Assembly (NCBI GenBank): GCA_024704765.1
Contig: JAKMXF010000332.1
Span: 731,886 to 795,885, forward strand
DNA length: 64,000 nucleotides
Reading direction: 5' to 3'
Source: Oopsacas minuta
Taxonomy: Eukaryota; Animalia; Porifera
The notes below the pieces were generated by a model. The model saw only the letters and a list, made by a program, of their open reading frames with translations. It was not told where the DNA came from and made no database searches. Both the position numbers and the translations under genes were made by a program. This document shows positions 1 through 12,392 of the stretch, piece by piece. Positions within the stretch are counted from its first letter, which is position 1. Each line of letters opens with the position of its first letter.

Positions 1-854
1 GTTTTCTAATGTATCCGTCTGCTCAAGTAATTGAACTTAGAAAGATTATAGCAGAGATTATTTTAGAAAATTGATAATAATAAGGATTTATTTCAAGATT
101 TTTATAATGGATCATCCCGAACCAAGCTTGTAAAATTATCTTGCGCTGTAATAGAGAATGAACAAGGTGAAATATGGAGGATTTGGTGTAATTTAATGTG
201 TCTCATTGGGAAATATTAAGAAACTATGACGAACTTTTTCTAATTGCATTCTTTTTGAGAAGGTTAAAACATTTAATGTGTTAGTATCAAGTAACAACAA
301 CACTAAGCTTAAGAAATATAACTAATGTATTTGTGAATTCTTCTAGTTTTATCACTGACTTCAAATCTCCAATCTAAGCTATATGAAGAGTGTAATGGTC
401 TATCTATCTATCAAAAGTAATATTTAAGATATTAGCTTATGGTATTAGAATCAGTTTGATACTTTATAATTTTTTGTATTTCTTTGATATTATATTTTGG
501 AATTAAACAATCTCTCACTACCTAGTAATAATTAGCATTTTGGTAGTGTACTAATAGGGATTCGTGAGCTTAGTAAGAATTGATCTTAGGAGGTTCCCAA
601 TTAACTACTAACCAGTTTTGGGCATATGACTTTGTTATGTCTTACGAAAACAGAATATTTCTTGATCTGCAATAATATAGTTAATGTATAAATTTGAATA
701 TATGAGTGCATCCATGGTCCATATAAATTGGTGTCTGCCATTGCCTTAGTGTATAGAATACAATGGCCAAATGTATTCAAATGTGACTAAACAAATCTTC
801 CAAATTTCTAAATGCGAAAACTGTAAAATACGCGTGTTACTAATATTGCTACTA

Positions 855-2145
855 CAAGAGTTGTTCAATAAATAATGAGACATTTTCCATAATTTGTATA
901 GTAAACCTATACTTATCATAATTGATTATCAAATGTTTCGATGAATTCCCCCTTTAACTTTATACATCGTTTCCATCGTTCTGGTAACTTTCCGGCCCAG
1001 TGGTATAGGATTATTTAGGGATTCATTTTCCCACTGTTGTATTTCATACTCAAGCCATTTGAAATCTCTTCTCTGAAAGGCGTCTCTTCATCTTTCCAAA
1101 TAGCCAGTAGTCGCTGGGAGCCAGGTCTGGACTATACGGGGGATGAGGGAGGCATTCGAATCCTAAGTCGTCAATTGTAGCCATTGTCTTGGAGCTTACA
1201 TGGGACTTGTGTTGTCATGATACTGCAATACGCCACGTGTTAACCTGCCCCGCCTCTCACGTTTAATCGCTTGACGCAATTCTTTCAATTCGTCAACGTA
1301 ATAATCACTGTTTATGGTGGTCTTCTCAGGTAACCAGTCGAGGTATATAATTCCTTCCCTATCCCAAAATACTGTTGCCATTCTCTTCCCTGCTGATTTT
1401 CCGGCCTTTGCCTTGATGGGTACAGGTTCATCACGTCTCTTCCACTGCTTCGATTGAGTTTTGCTCTCTGGTTCATAATAATGAAACCAAGTTTCATCCC
1501 CCATTACTATACGATCCAAAAAGTCTTCCTCTGCCTTGTATCTTAAAAGTAATTCTTTGCTAACTCTGACCCTTTCGTGTTTGCGTTATTTTGAAAGAAG
1601 TTTTGGGACCCAACGCGTAGTTACCTTCGACATTTCCAGATCTTCAGTGATAGTCAAATGTAATGTGGCTTTATATACCTACCCGCTCTTCTAACTCCCG
1701 CAGGGTTATTCGTCTGTCCTCGTACAAAATTGTTTGGATCCTCTCGATATTACTGCGGGTTTTTGAGGAAGTCGAACAACCTGGACGAGGGTTATCGTTG
1801 AGGTCCTCATCGCCATTATCAAAACGTCTGATCCATCTATATATGGTGGCTTTCATAGGACATTCATCACCGAAAATATCCTGCATTTCACGAAGCCAGT
1901 CTTCCCCTTTTTCCACTGGTACTAAATTATTTGTCGTTTTCCTTCTTTGCTAAAATCCATTAGTTGATAAAAGTAGCCTATACAAATGAAAATTTATACT
2001 GAAGAATATGTTAGTATAGTAAAGAGTATATTGTATTTAGGTTAGACAATCAAGTTAGGCTTGTAATCTGATATTAGGCTTAGAGCTATATTAACTAGAA
2101 TATGAATTCGATAAATTAGTCTCATTACTTATTGAACAACCCTTG
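855..2145 (-). mobile_element. mariner (DD34D-type) transposon, full length but decayed
   Basis: TIRs caagagttgttcaataaataatgagac (855) and its near-complement ending at 2145, both flanked by TA; 1291 bp; internal mariner transposase. Confidence 0.92.
916..1960 (-). pseudogene. mariner transposase pseudogene
   Basis: MDFSKEGKRQII* start; motifs GDETWF, HDN, PHPPYSPDLAPSDYWLF and RWKRCIKLKGEF across stops and frameshifts (ORFs 1671-1916, 1196-1519). Confidence 0.9.
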
Positions 2146-2769
2146 TAACTATCACAGAAAACCATTAAATGGAATTTGGATAGGTCATGGATAATAAAAA
2201 AATATAATGTCCACAAAAATTAACCTCGAGGGATATAGAGCTGAGTATATCCCAAATATTTGGACATACACAAAGGAGGTGCCATGAATGCATTAGAACG
2301 AGGTAATCCGTAGCACATAATATGATTTAATAGTATTAAGTTCAGTTACAAGTCCTAAAATAACACAAAATTTGTGAAAACTAGAAAAAACACTTGGCAC
2401 TAGCAATGGGAACTGACAATTTCATTGGCACTGAACAGGCTAAATGAAGTTTGCGAATCCGCTACGTATTCCGTCGCTAAGATAACATTCATCATTAATT
2501 TGCGCTGTCACACACCAGCCTGGAGCGTACAGTCATTCTTGAGACAGTGCTCACCAAGGAGTACATGTAGGTGTCATGGATACGTAAGACGTCACACTAA
2601 AATATTGATTGAAATGTCTATATATGATATCAGATACATTGTTATAGGTCAGGGGTGTTGGTAGTAACTAAGAAGCATGGCTGCTCGGTGAGTGAGTATT
2701 ATTTAGATTGTCGGCCCAGCTATTTCAACTTTTTGCTTACTTTGTAAAAACGACATTAAATTTACATAT

Positions 2770-3030
2770 GAGAAACTTGAAACTGCGAAATTCGGATTCA
2801 GCGTAGTTGATTACCCTAAATTTAGATATGATGAATTCAAAATGGAAAAATTTGATTCAGCTAATGGTTACTTTCTTGGTAAACACGATAAATGCCTAGA
2901 TAGGCGACCTCTCAGGATTGAAAAATTCTACTTCAATATAGAATTCCATAAATCCTTTGCTTAATAACGAACAATCAAACAGACAGACAGAGAGATAAAC
3001 AAATTTGGCTGCAATTTAAGAATAAGATAC
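2770..3030. repeat. dispersed non-autonomous repeat with CAGA microsatellite (possibly HINE/DINE-1-like)
   Basis: 47-bp block 2770-2816 matches 44955-45001 at 42/47; acagacagacag tract near 2978; related pieces near 43470 and 63030-63340. Confidence 0.5.
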
Positions 3031-3709
3031 GGTTTTAACGACTATTCCAGGGGTCTGAATAAAAGGAGAGTTGGAAAATTGGAAATTGAATAAAAGAGGG
3101 GTGTGCTCAGTTGAATACTACACTAACTTCACAATCGTATACATTAATTTCATCAAAAAATACCTGTAGGCCAATACAGAATTCATTTTGCATGAACCAT
3201 TCATATTCTTTAGAAAATGTATGTATCCCTTCATGGTGAATTGAAGAGAATTCCAAATGGAACGGATTAATACGAGAAAGAGCCTTAGGAGAAAGTAGCC
3301 GATGTTTATCATTGCCAAAGTATCTGGATTCGTCAGTAGCAGACATGATGAATATGTACCCAAGATGGAACAATTATGATAATAAAATATTTCAGAAGCT
3401 AACAGAGAGAGGGAGGGAAATAAAGATTAGATCATGTTATATTGACAACATTAGAGATAGGAAAAATAAAAAGGGTAAAAAATTAATTCAAGTTCATTCT
3501 TATTACAAAATGGCGATGCGGGTACTCAGGTAATCTAAAAGATACAGTGAAAACGGTTGTTGACAATGCTATATGCCCTGGAAATAATTATCCCAATTCA
3601 ACTAATAAACTATTATAAACTTCGAGGATGAACTTCTTAGCTTCGGTTCATCGAGTTAGTGTATATGGTAGAGAATACAAAACCAATAAGTATACTAACC
3701 AAACAATTA

Positions 3710-4438
3710 CAGTGAAACCTCTGGAATCGGGGCATGCGGAATACTAGGAAAATTTCTGACGCCCCGATTGTGGAAATTCCCCGATTCTGGATTTCAGTGT
3801 GGTATTGTGTCAAAATCACCATTTTCCGTATATATGTAGTTCATATTATGTCATACTATTGTTTCGTGTTGCTAGTCACACTGTAACGTTAAAATATTTC
3901 ATTCTGCTACATATTGCTAATCCTGAACACCTCTAAAGTGAAAATCTTGCTGGTTCCAAAGTTGTTCACTTTTTAGAAATTATACTGTTACTCGCATAAT
4001 AGAATATTAATTTCTACGCTACATTTTGCCCATGAAGAAGGCTAGGAACGATCTCTCTGTTCTGGATAAGGTGGCAGTGACGAAGGAATTGCAGGCAGGT
4101 GCTCGCAAAGTTATTGTAGGTTCTGTGTAGCACATATTTACCCTCAGAGGCGGATTGAATTGATTTTTTGTTCACTTAGGTAACATTTATATTGTGTTGT
4201 ATTCGATAGTTATTGCAAAAAAATAATTATTGAGTTGATTTCAGTATTGATGCCCCGATTGCGTAGGGGATTTTAGTATTAGTTCTAGCAAGCTGAAAGA
4301 ATTAGATTTTCAGGGTTCGCCCCGATTCTCCGATTGTCGCTATTTCCCCGATTCCAGAGGTTCATTTGTATGGGAAAATATTTTCGCGAAATTCAAGTGC
4401 CCTGTTTTCAGAGTTCCCCGATTCCAGAGGTATCACTG
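3710..4438 (+). mobile_element. pogo/Tigger-type deletion derivative (MITE-like)
   Basis: TA|cagtgaaacctctggaatcgggg and ccccgattccagaggtatcactg|TA; internal gccccgatt subrepeats; N-terminal remnant MKKARNDLSVLDKVAVTKEL near 4031. Confidence 0.8.
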
Positions 4439-5218
4439 TAACAATATTTCATTATTTTGAGCAATGAAAATTGCACTCGAAATAAGGAAATGTTGATCGT
4501 TGACACATGTAAGAGAGCAAGAAACATAGGAGGAAAATAACTTGAATGAAAATCCGTTAAAGAGGTTTTAAGACGAATTGAAAGATTTGAATAAATTCGT
4601 TTATTTCTGTTCGACATATTGGGCAGGACACGTTCTCCAAAATAAAATGCTGGGACCACCAGAACTGAGCTTGTAGGTTCCTCTCTTGGTTGGCAACAAA
4701 TTATGCAATTATTGGTTTTAGGGATCTACATGCAACGTTTCCAGGTCGATCCTGTACTGTATTCCTGAGTATCGAAGCACCAAATACTGACCTTCAACTA
4801 AATATGCGTCTCCCATGTGATATAATCGGCGCCTTTTGATATCCTAGTTGTCCAGACTTGTACATATTAACATCATATGAAATACGAGAGATGCATAATA
4901 AATGTTGAAATTTCATAGTAAAAGAGGGATACCACCATATTCAATACTTTTTAGCTATAAATCGAAAGAAAATAAGCTTTTACATATGTAAACGATACTT
5001 ACACAAACATTGGATAATATAAACTATATTACCACGCGCGTACAATAAATTCTGAGCACTGTGTTGCTGTGGAGATTTATAACACAACTATAATAAATTG
5101 ATATTTGATTATGAATATTCAATCCTCTATCTACAAGCTAGTATTGATTTTTCAATATAACTTGAAAACTCAAAAGTTATATCAAATTTTACAACAGGTC
5201 TTTGTATACTATACCTTT

Positions 5219-6290
5219 ATGGCATCACTTGGCAAGAATTCTAAAATCGAGCAAAGAGCTTTTGTCAAGATTCGTACTCTCCTCGGGCAATCTGCACACG
5301 AGATACATCTTGATTTAGTTCAATTCTACAGCACAAAAGGTGCTCTGTCCTTTCCAGGAGTCAGAAGATGGACTCACCGGTTCAGGCTGGGAAGAAAGTC
5401 TATCGAAGATGACCCTCGGTCTGGAGCACCAATTACGACTGCATCTCCCATTAAATTTAACGATATCAAGAAGCTGATAGACCTAGACCCACATATAACT
5501 ATCAGGGAACTTTCTAATAGTATTGGCATCTCGATGGGAAGTGTAGACCACATTTTAAGATCACAGCTGAAGTTGACGAAGGTTTGTGCCAGATTGGTCC
5601 CACATTACTCACAAAGGCCAAAGAGACAAGGGTGAGATGTTATCGTAATCTACTGAATCCTACAAAGAATGCGATCTACGAAGATTATTTGAGATAGTGA
5701 CTGGTGATGAGACATGGGTTCGGTATAACACACATTTTCCAAACAAACAAATAAGGTGTGGATAGGAAAGCACTCGGTCCCTCCGATCATATCGCGTCCA
5801 GATTTCAGATCATCAAGGATCATGTATTGCATATTTTTTTATGCATGTGGCCCTATGGCCCAGGTGATAGTTCCAAATGGACAAACTGTTAATGGAAGCT
5901 TCTACACTAATAATTTTTTTGGTGCAGTCGAAGAGAGCTTGTCGAAGAGGAGGGAAAGGACTGGTGCTAAAGGGTTGAAATTATTACATGATAATGCCAG
6001 TCCTCGCTAAACCAAGCAGGTCAAAGAAAAAGTCTTAAAGATGGGGATGATTGAGCTTGAACATTCACCCTACAGACCAGATCTAGCTCCTTGTGATTTC
6101 TAGCTCTTCCCTAAGCTAAGGAAGGCCTCTCTTGGCGTCATTTCAGCAACAGCGCAGAGCTATGATCGGCGATTTTCCAGTATCTTAAACAGATACAGCC
6201 AGGAGACTATAAAGATATTATTGGAAAAGGTTGGAGAGTCTTCAAAGCTGTATAAATAACGGTGGGGAGTATTTCGAAAAGTTAAACATT
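5219..6290 (+). pseudogene. mariner transposase pseudogene
   Basis: ORFs 5105-5635 and 5756-6010 plus frameshifted C-terminus ending GEYFEK. Confidence 0.88.
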
Positions 6291-6338
6291 GATTGTTTGT
6301 GTGCAACATAATCTGGGTACTTTGGGGGTAGTGATCAG

Positions 6339-7763
6339 CAGTGATGGTTCCAGCACAAAATATCTGGGAGGCGCAATGCCCAGCGGCGAGACAGCAAGCC
6401 GAATCTGAGCTGGGGTTATTTAACTATCAATTAATCAACTAAGCATTTATTATTGTAAATTAATAGATAATTTATAATTATAGAGGCACCCTTCTTTCTG
6501 TCAGATTGAAGATAGACCCTCTGAAAGACGTATGAGCCCCATTAATCTTTCAGCTGGAACAGTTCCTGAGCAATATCTTACACATAAACAAAGCTGCTCA
6601 TAGCCGCTGACATCCTTAGCTTCGTCTAACACTAATGTGTAGAACTTTGTTTGAGCAATCTCTCTTGCAATAATTTTCCTAATCTCGCGAGCCATGATTG
6701 AGATAAATTCTTCGTAGACCGTCTTACTGAGGTAATCTGTGTAAATTGAGTACTGCTCCATAATAGACTTCTTCTGGGCTAGGAATTCGGGATGCAGCTC
6801 GAATTCGATTTCAAGAAGTTCTCTGAAGTTTCCTCTATAGGCTGATCCGACATCGTGTTCCTCCTCACCTCGAAAAGCGACTTCCTGAAGATAAAACCAC
6901 CTGATATAGCTGACAAGTTTACCGAAATAGATTCTGTTTTGCTCAACCTGCATGAGACGATTAGGATTAAGTCTTTCCTGGATCTCGACAGGGTTAAACT
7001 TTTAGTTTTCCCATTTCATAATAGCTATAATGTGGGATTCACACCTAGCATGCTTGTCTAGCCCCTTGTTTTTGTCTCCAACTGCAACTTGCCAATTATG
7101 AAATCCCTTTTTTGTAAACCTGTCCTGTAACTTTGTGATGCTGAAGTGTATACATGGAAAACAAAATGCTTTGTCTTGCGATTCGCTGTTAGTGATCCAG
7201 GGGTGTTTACTATACCACGATGCCTGGAATCGGTTTGTTTTTCGTTTGTTACAATCAGATTTAGCAGGGAAGGGGGTTAGCGGTTGGGCAGGTCCATCTT
7301 TCTTACAACCAATGTCTTGAGGCAGAGACCAGTCGGTGTTTATATCTAGAAAATTTAGTACGTAAATTTAGCTGTGCGTTTGAAAACCTAAAACTTACCC
7401 TGTATCATCCCAGTAGAGCTGTTAATCTCAAGCACACTGTTATCTACTGTCTGTTGTTCAGTATGCATGTAGCATGGATATTCGTCTTCGCAACTATCTG
7501 GTCTGTTGTTGTCTCGTTTGGATTGAAAATAATCCCGTGTAAGTTGGTTTTCACTTGTCGTTTCATATAAGTACTTAACAGGTTGACTTGCAAGATATTC
7601 AATATTAGGCTATTTAGTTAATAATTATATTCATATAATTATGTTAAGTACAGTGCACATTCATTAATCATGGGCATTTATACATATATAATTAAATTTA
7701 GTTAATAAGCCAATATGGGGGGGTGCGCACCCCCCCCTGAACCCCCCGATGGATCCATCACTG
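6339..7763 (-). mobile_element. internally deleted hAT transposon (ZMYM1/DUF4371-like transposase fragment)
   Basis: TIRs cagtgatggttcc / ggatccatcactg (12/13); perfect 8-bp TSD gtgatcag (6331-6338, 7764-7771); fragment AFRGEEE..GNFRELL..LVLDEAKDVSGYEQL. Confidence 0.92.
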
Positions 7764-7859
7764 GTGATCAGAAATTATTGACTATAATGTTGAACTAGTT
7801 GTATAATTTCTAAACTAATAATAGAGTTAAATAAATCCAAATATTTCCATAAAGAAGCG

Positions 7860-8900
7860 CCTTCGCGTTCCCCCTCGTTCCTCCTAGAAGTTAACGTAAG
7901 CGTACGGCGTTCCCACCGTTTCCCCAATACACCCCTGCCGACAAGGTCTTTCTTTAGTCTTGAGAACAACCATAAATCGCATGAGGCACGCTCAGGTGAG
8001 TAGAGTGAAGGTTCTTGCTCACTCACCTTCATCCTTTCCTATACAGACTTCACGAGCCTAGTTTTGTAAGGCCTAACATTTTCATACATTAGCTTGAGTC
8101 CTCTTGTTCTTGTCTTAGGTTTCGCTCCCATTAGTGATTTTCTTCTTCTGATAGGCAGTAGTTCGCATAAAAATCTGCAATATTGTTGGTCCCTTTGACA
8201 CTATAATCTGGGAAACTGGATCTTATGCATTGAAAAATTTGATCAAATAAGCTACTACCCCCTGAAGCCCGCACTTGGATTTAGTGAAGGACCATCTCCT
8301 TTCACTACCCAGAACTTTTTCCTTCGACAAGGACTTGTCATACCTCATCCAGATTAATCGCTATTGAGTATTTCGTACAATGTCCCTGGACATGCGTGTT
8401 CATACTGTGGGAGGAGATTCTAGGGCACATTACACGATTGTCTTTCTAAGCATCTGTCAGAGAATGCGAGATCATCTTGGAACAAATATTGCTAGTATTT
8501 ACTCATTCTAAAGTACAGCTTGAGATACTCCCGTTGAAATCCCAATATACATTGCTATCTCTTCCACCGTTATATGAGGATCATCTTCCTCCAGCCACTC
8601 AACTTCAAGGACATTTTCGCTGGTGGAGACCGATTTGGACTGCTGTCTCATCTTCCAAAGATTCTTGTCTCTTACGAAAACGCTTTGGCCAGTACTTTAT
8701 GTTGGAAGATGAAGGACTGTCATCTATATAAACAATCCTGAGTTCAGCTAGAATATCATGTGGCAAAGCCCAAGTATCGCATTTTTTATTATTTAGCCCT
8801 TTACCCAAGTTTAAAACCAGTTTCTATCATCAAGGAATATTACAAATATATTCAAAATTTTATGTATTTAATTGACCACAGCTGAATTAATAATTGACTT
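7860..8900 (-). pseudogene. highly decayed mariner transposase
   Basis: Fragments HDILAEL..YWPKRF..ESLEDE (8605-8808), RGLKLMYENVRP (~8060-8110), LYSPERASCDLWLF (~7960-8010); ends approximate. Confidence 0.7.
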
Positions 8901-9469
8901 AGCGATATCTACTCAGTAGCGTTTGTTAGACAAGTATTATGGATAAGTAATATGGCAGTTTTGCTAAAGTGTGCTAACTTAGATTAGGGTCTCGGAATTA
9001 GGGCTTAAAAGCCTAAAAGTTATTGAACCTCCGTTGTACTAGCGCCTCTACTTGCTAGGTCGCTGCGCAACAGGCGGTCGTATACTCAGTACTTCGTTGC
9101 TCGAATTTAGTTAAGTATACATTGGCTACATTCTTAGTGATTTGGATCATAACCCAAGGGATATATTCGGAACTACTTGGCTCGAGTTCAGGAAATAGAG
9201 GAAAAATTTCGAATTTGTTATCCATTGGTCCAACTAAAGGAACTAATAAAGCTTTCAGTAGTCACACTACAGCAGCTAAGCTATGAATCTCACCAATACG
9301 TGCTTCTATGATTATCAAATTATAAGAAAATGTCGAAATTCAAAAATTTTCATTTCGGATGAAGTACAAATTCAGCTGAGTTATTTGGTCAAAGTAATGA
9401 CTTTGAGACAATTGACACATTGAAGGGTACCCGTGACTCAAATTTCAACAATCTAACATTTGTTATATA

Positions 9470-10824
9470 CAGTGCCGGTCAAAAAGAATTGCTCAAAATG
9501 AATGTATACAGTATAGTAAATGTCAAATTGTATACACTGACCAGATAGTTGAATTCTTGCGAAACCATACTCAGCCATATGTATTTTGACAAGTAACACA
9601 CCAACACAGCTAATCCATTCATTATATTTGCACAACTTACAGTTTTTATTTTGTATTCTTTATTTTCCAATTTATCTGTTTTTATCGAATTTTCAATGCC
9701 TTCTAAACCCCTAATTTCCATTGAAAATCGAGCCAACCTGATCCTACTTTCAGAAAGTGGCCATACTCAGAGGGAGGTAGCTAAAATGGTTGGGTGTAGC
9801 CAAAAAAGTGTAGCTGATATCCTTAAGAAACACAGGCTGACTGGCACGGTAAGAGACCTCGCTATTCCGGGTAGGCCTCGTGTCACAACCAAAAGGCAAG
9901 ACAATTTATTGGTCAGAAAATGCAAAAAGGATCGATTTAAGACTGCTACTCAGATCAAAGCTGAAGTGTTATCAGAATATTCGATAAAACTTTCCACTTC
10001 AACAGTTCAGAGAAGGTTACGAGGGGCTGGACTGTTCGGACGAAAACCGCAAAGGAAGCCCCGCCTTACTACCAAGCACAAAAGAGACCGACTTTCCTTC
10101 GCAAGATCGCACAAGAATTGGAATACTGAAGAATGGGCAAGAGTTGTGTTCAGTGACGAATCTAGGTTCCTTCTGTATACTAATGACGGGAGAGCCTACG
10201 TCAGGAGGATGAAAGGGGAGGAGTTCTCAGAGAGGTGTCTTCAAAAAACTTGCAAGTTTGGTGGAGGTGGCATCATGGTTTGGGGATGCTTTTGCTGGAG
10301 TGGCGTAGGACTCTTGTGGAAAGTATCTGGGAACCTCAAGACAAATTCCTACATTGATATATTGGAAAATGCACTAATCCCAAGCGTTGATTTGCATTCT
10401 CTACATTCTGACTGGACCTTTCAGCAAGACAACGCCCCATGCCATAAGTCAAAGGGTACTAAGCAATGGTTTGGTGAGCAAAAAATAGAGGTTATGAATT
10501 GGCCTGCTCAGTCACCTGATCTAAATCCGATTGAGAATCTCTGGGATCACATTTCCCTCAGAATTCAAGAGAAAAGCCCATCCAACCACTCAGAGTTGTG
10601 AAATGCCATATTAAGCACTTGGGATAGCATCGACATTAACAGGCTCCATACTCTAATTGAGAGTATGCCGCAAAGATGTAAAGCTGTAATTCAAGCAAGA
10701 GGAGGTACTACTAAATACTAACAACAATTTACTTGATTATAATAAAGCATTATTGTTAAAATCAGTCATAGATATAAGAATTTGGGGTAAATTTATTCTG
10801 AGCAATTCTTTTTGACCGGCACTG
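9470..10824 (+). mobile_element. Tc1 (DD34E) transposon, full length
   Basis: Perfect 26-bp TIRs cagtgccggtcaaaaagaattgctca, TA on both flanks, 1355 bp. Confidence 0.96.
9696..10721 (+). pseudogene. Tc1 transposase, 341 codons, with one premature stop (TGA 10599-10601)
   Basis: FSDESRF, FQQDNAPCH, SPDLNPIE give D-34-E spacing; the frame continues after the TGA as NAILSTWDSI..RGGTTKY*. Confidence 0.93.
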
Positions 10825-11074
10825 TATATTTATATTTAAATTGGCTGGGCAGTGGGGGATAATGTGATTTTGAAATACCAAAGGTGACAGGTATGTCATA
10901 ATATCGTAATAGATGTGAGTTTAGGGAATTTGAATATCTTTCAGTTAATCCAAAACGAATACACTAATCCGTTATTATGAGGGGTAAAATTTCTATCGGC
11001 CATCCATTTCATACCAAAATCCAACAATTCATAAAGTAATTTCACTGATAGATATTTGTAGAAGTTGACAACTA

Positions 11075-11187
11075 CAGGGTGATTTTCTAAAGGTGTAACT
11101 TTACAATTTTTGTATTATATCTAGATTTTTTGTAATTCAATTGTTTCCTTTTGAGAGAATGATCCTTTTTCACATACATTTTCTATA
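11075..11187 (+). mobile_element. 5' end (TIR and leader) of the rosa/DD41D element whose body is at 18474-19715
   Basis: TA|cagggtgattttctaaaggtgtaact matches the TIR at 18474 at 23/26, in the same orientation. Confidence 0.8.
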
Positions 11188-12392
11188 CGAGGGTCAGTCC
11201 AAAAGTTTTGTCGTACAAATGTTCTATTTTGTCTTCAATCAAATAAATACAACACTATACAGTCATGAGACAAAAGTATTCGACCACACAAATATATTGT
11301 CATAAATTGTATACTCTTTCCCGCTCCTATATATTGTGTAGTCTATATTCGTAGCTGCAATCTAGTAATTTGCATAGAATAACATGTTTTTCAAGAATTT
11401 CAAAAAATATTTTCGATTTACACTTTTTGAAGGTGTTAATTATTAATAATTATTAGATTTTTATTGATAATCAAAATATGTGGTAATTCAAATCTTATTA
11501 AGAATCTATAATTTCTGACTTGATATTTGAATTCTACTTAGGCGAGTTACCCCAGATAGAAATTTCCAATGGGATTAAACAATTTTACCAAAGTTAAAGA
11601 AGAATTTCAATTTGTGCCACTACAAGGAAATAAACTAGGGTTATGAGGAATAAATCAAAGTAATATTTTCGAATGATATGACTATGCTAACCCTTGAATT
11701 CTAAAATAACCTCTTGGTAGCGGCCACTTGTGCCACCTTGGGCAAAAGTTGGCACAAATTGAACAAATTGAAATTCTTCTATAACTTTGGTAAAAATTGA
11801 TCAATCCCATTGGAAATTTCTATCTGGGGTACCTCGCCTACATAGAATTCAAATATCAAGTCAGAAATTATAGATTCTTAATAAGATTTGAATTACCACA
11901 TATTTTGATTATCAATAAAAATCTAATAATTATTAATAATTAACACCTTCAAAAAGTGTAAATCGAAAATATTTTTTGAATTTCTTGAAAAACATGTTAT
12001 TCTATGCAAATTACTAGATTGCAGCTACGAATATAGACTACACAATATATAGGAGCGGGAAAGAGTATACAATTTATGACAATATATTTGTGTGGTCGAA
12101 TACTTTTGTCCCTTGACTGTATACTTAGATATATATAATGGCTCTGCTATTAATTTGAGCCATATTCAACACTTATTTCCTGAGTAACGCTATTTTATCC
12201 ATAAGCCTATACACAGATTCTATTATTACTGAATGGAACTGGAAAAAAGGGATTTTAGAGCCATGATGTTTTATGACTTTATGCGTAAGATATCAGTGGA
12301 GCAGAGTCATGATAACTTGGTGGAAGCTTTCCAAGATCAAGCTCCATCTAAGCGTACAGTGGAGCGTTGGTTCTAGATTTCAGGAGGGGTAG
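11188..12392 (+). mobile_element. 5' half of a mariner (TIR, leader, N-terminal transposase), interrupted by a foldback MITE
   Basis: TA|cgagggtcagtccaaaagttttgtcgtaca is identical to 19718; MELEKRDFRAMMFYDF..APSKRTVERW from ~12232. Confidence 0.85.
11260..12119. mobile_element. Tc1-type foldback MITE with ~360-bp inverted arms
   Basis: Arms ~11260-11618 and ~11745-12119 are near-perfect reverse complements; termini cagtca...tgactg; TA TSD; no ORF. Confidence 0.92.

Larger units (their letters stand above)
5032..7781 (+). mobile_element. mariner transposon, decayed, with a hAT inserted in its right TIR
   Basis: Transposase 5219-~6290 (EQRAFVK, VTGDETWV, LHDNASP, YRPDLAPCDF); left TIR core caataaattctgagcac (5043) is near-complementary to gtgatcagaaattattg (7764). 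Confidence 0.75.

Noticed and set aside
3107-3533. Overlapping 70-90 aa ORFs
   Set aside because: No family motif; likely chance ORFs
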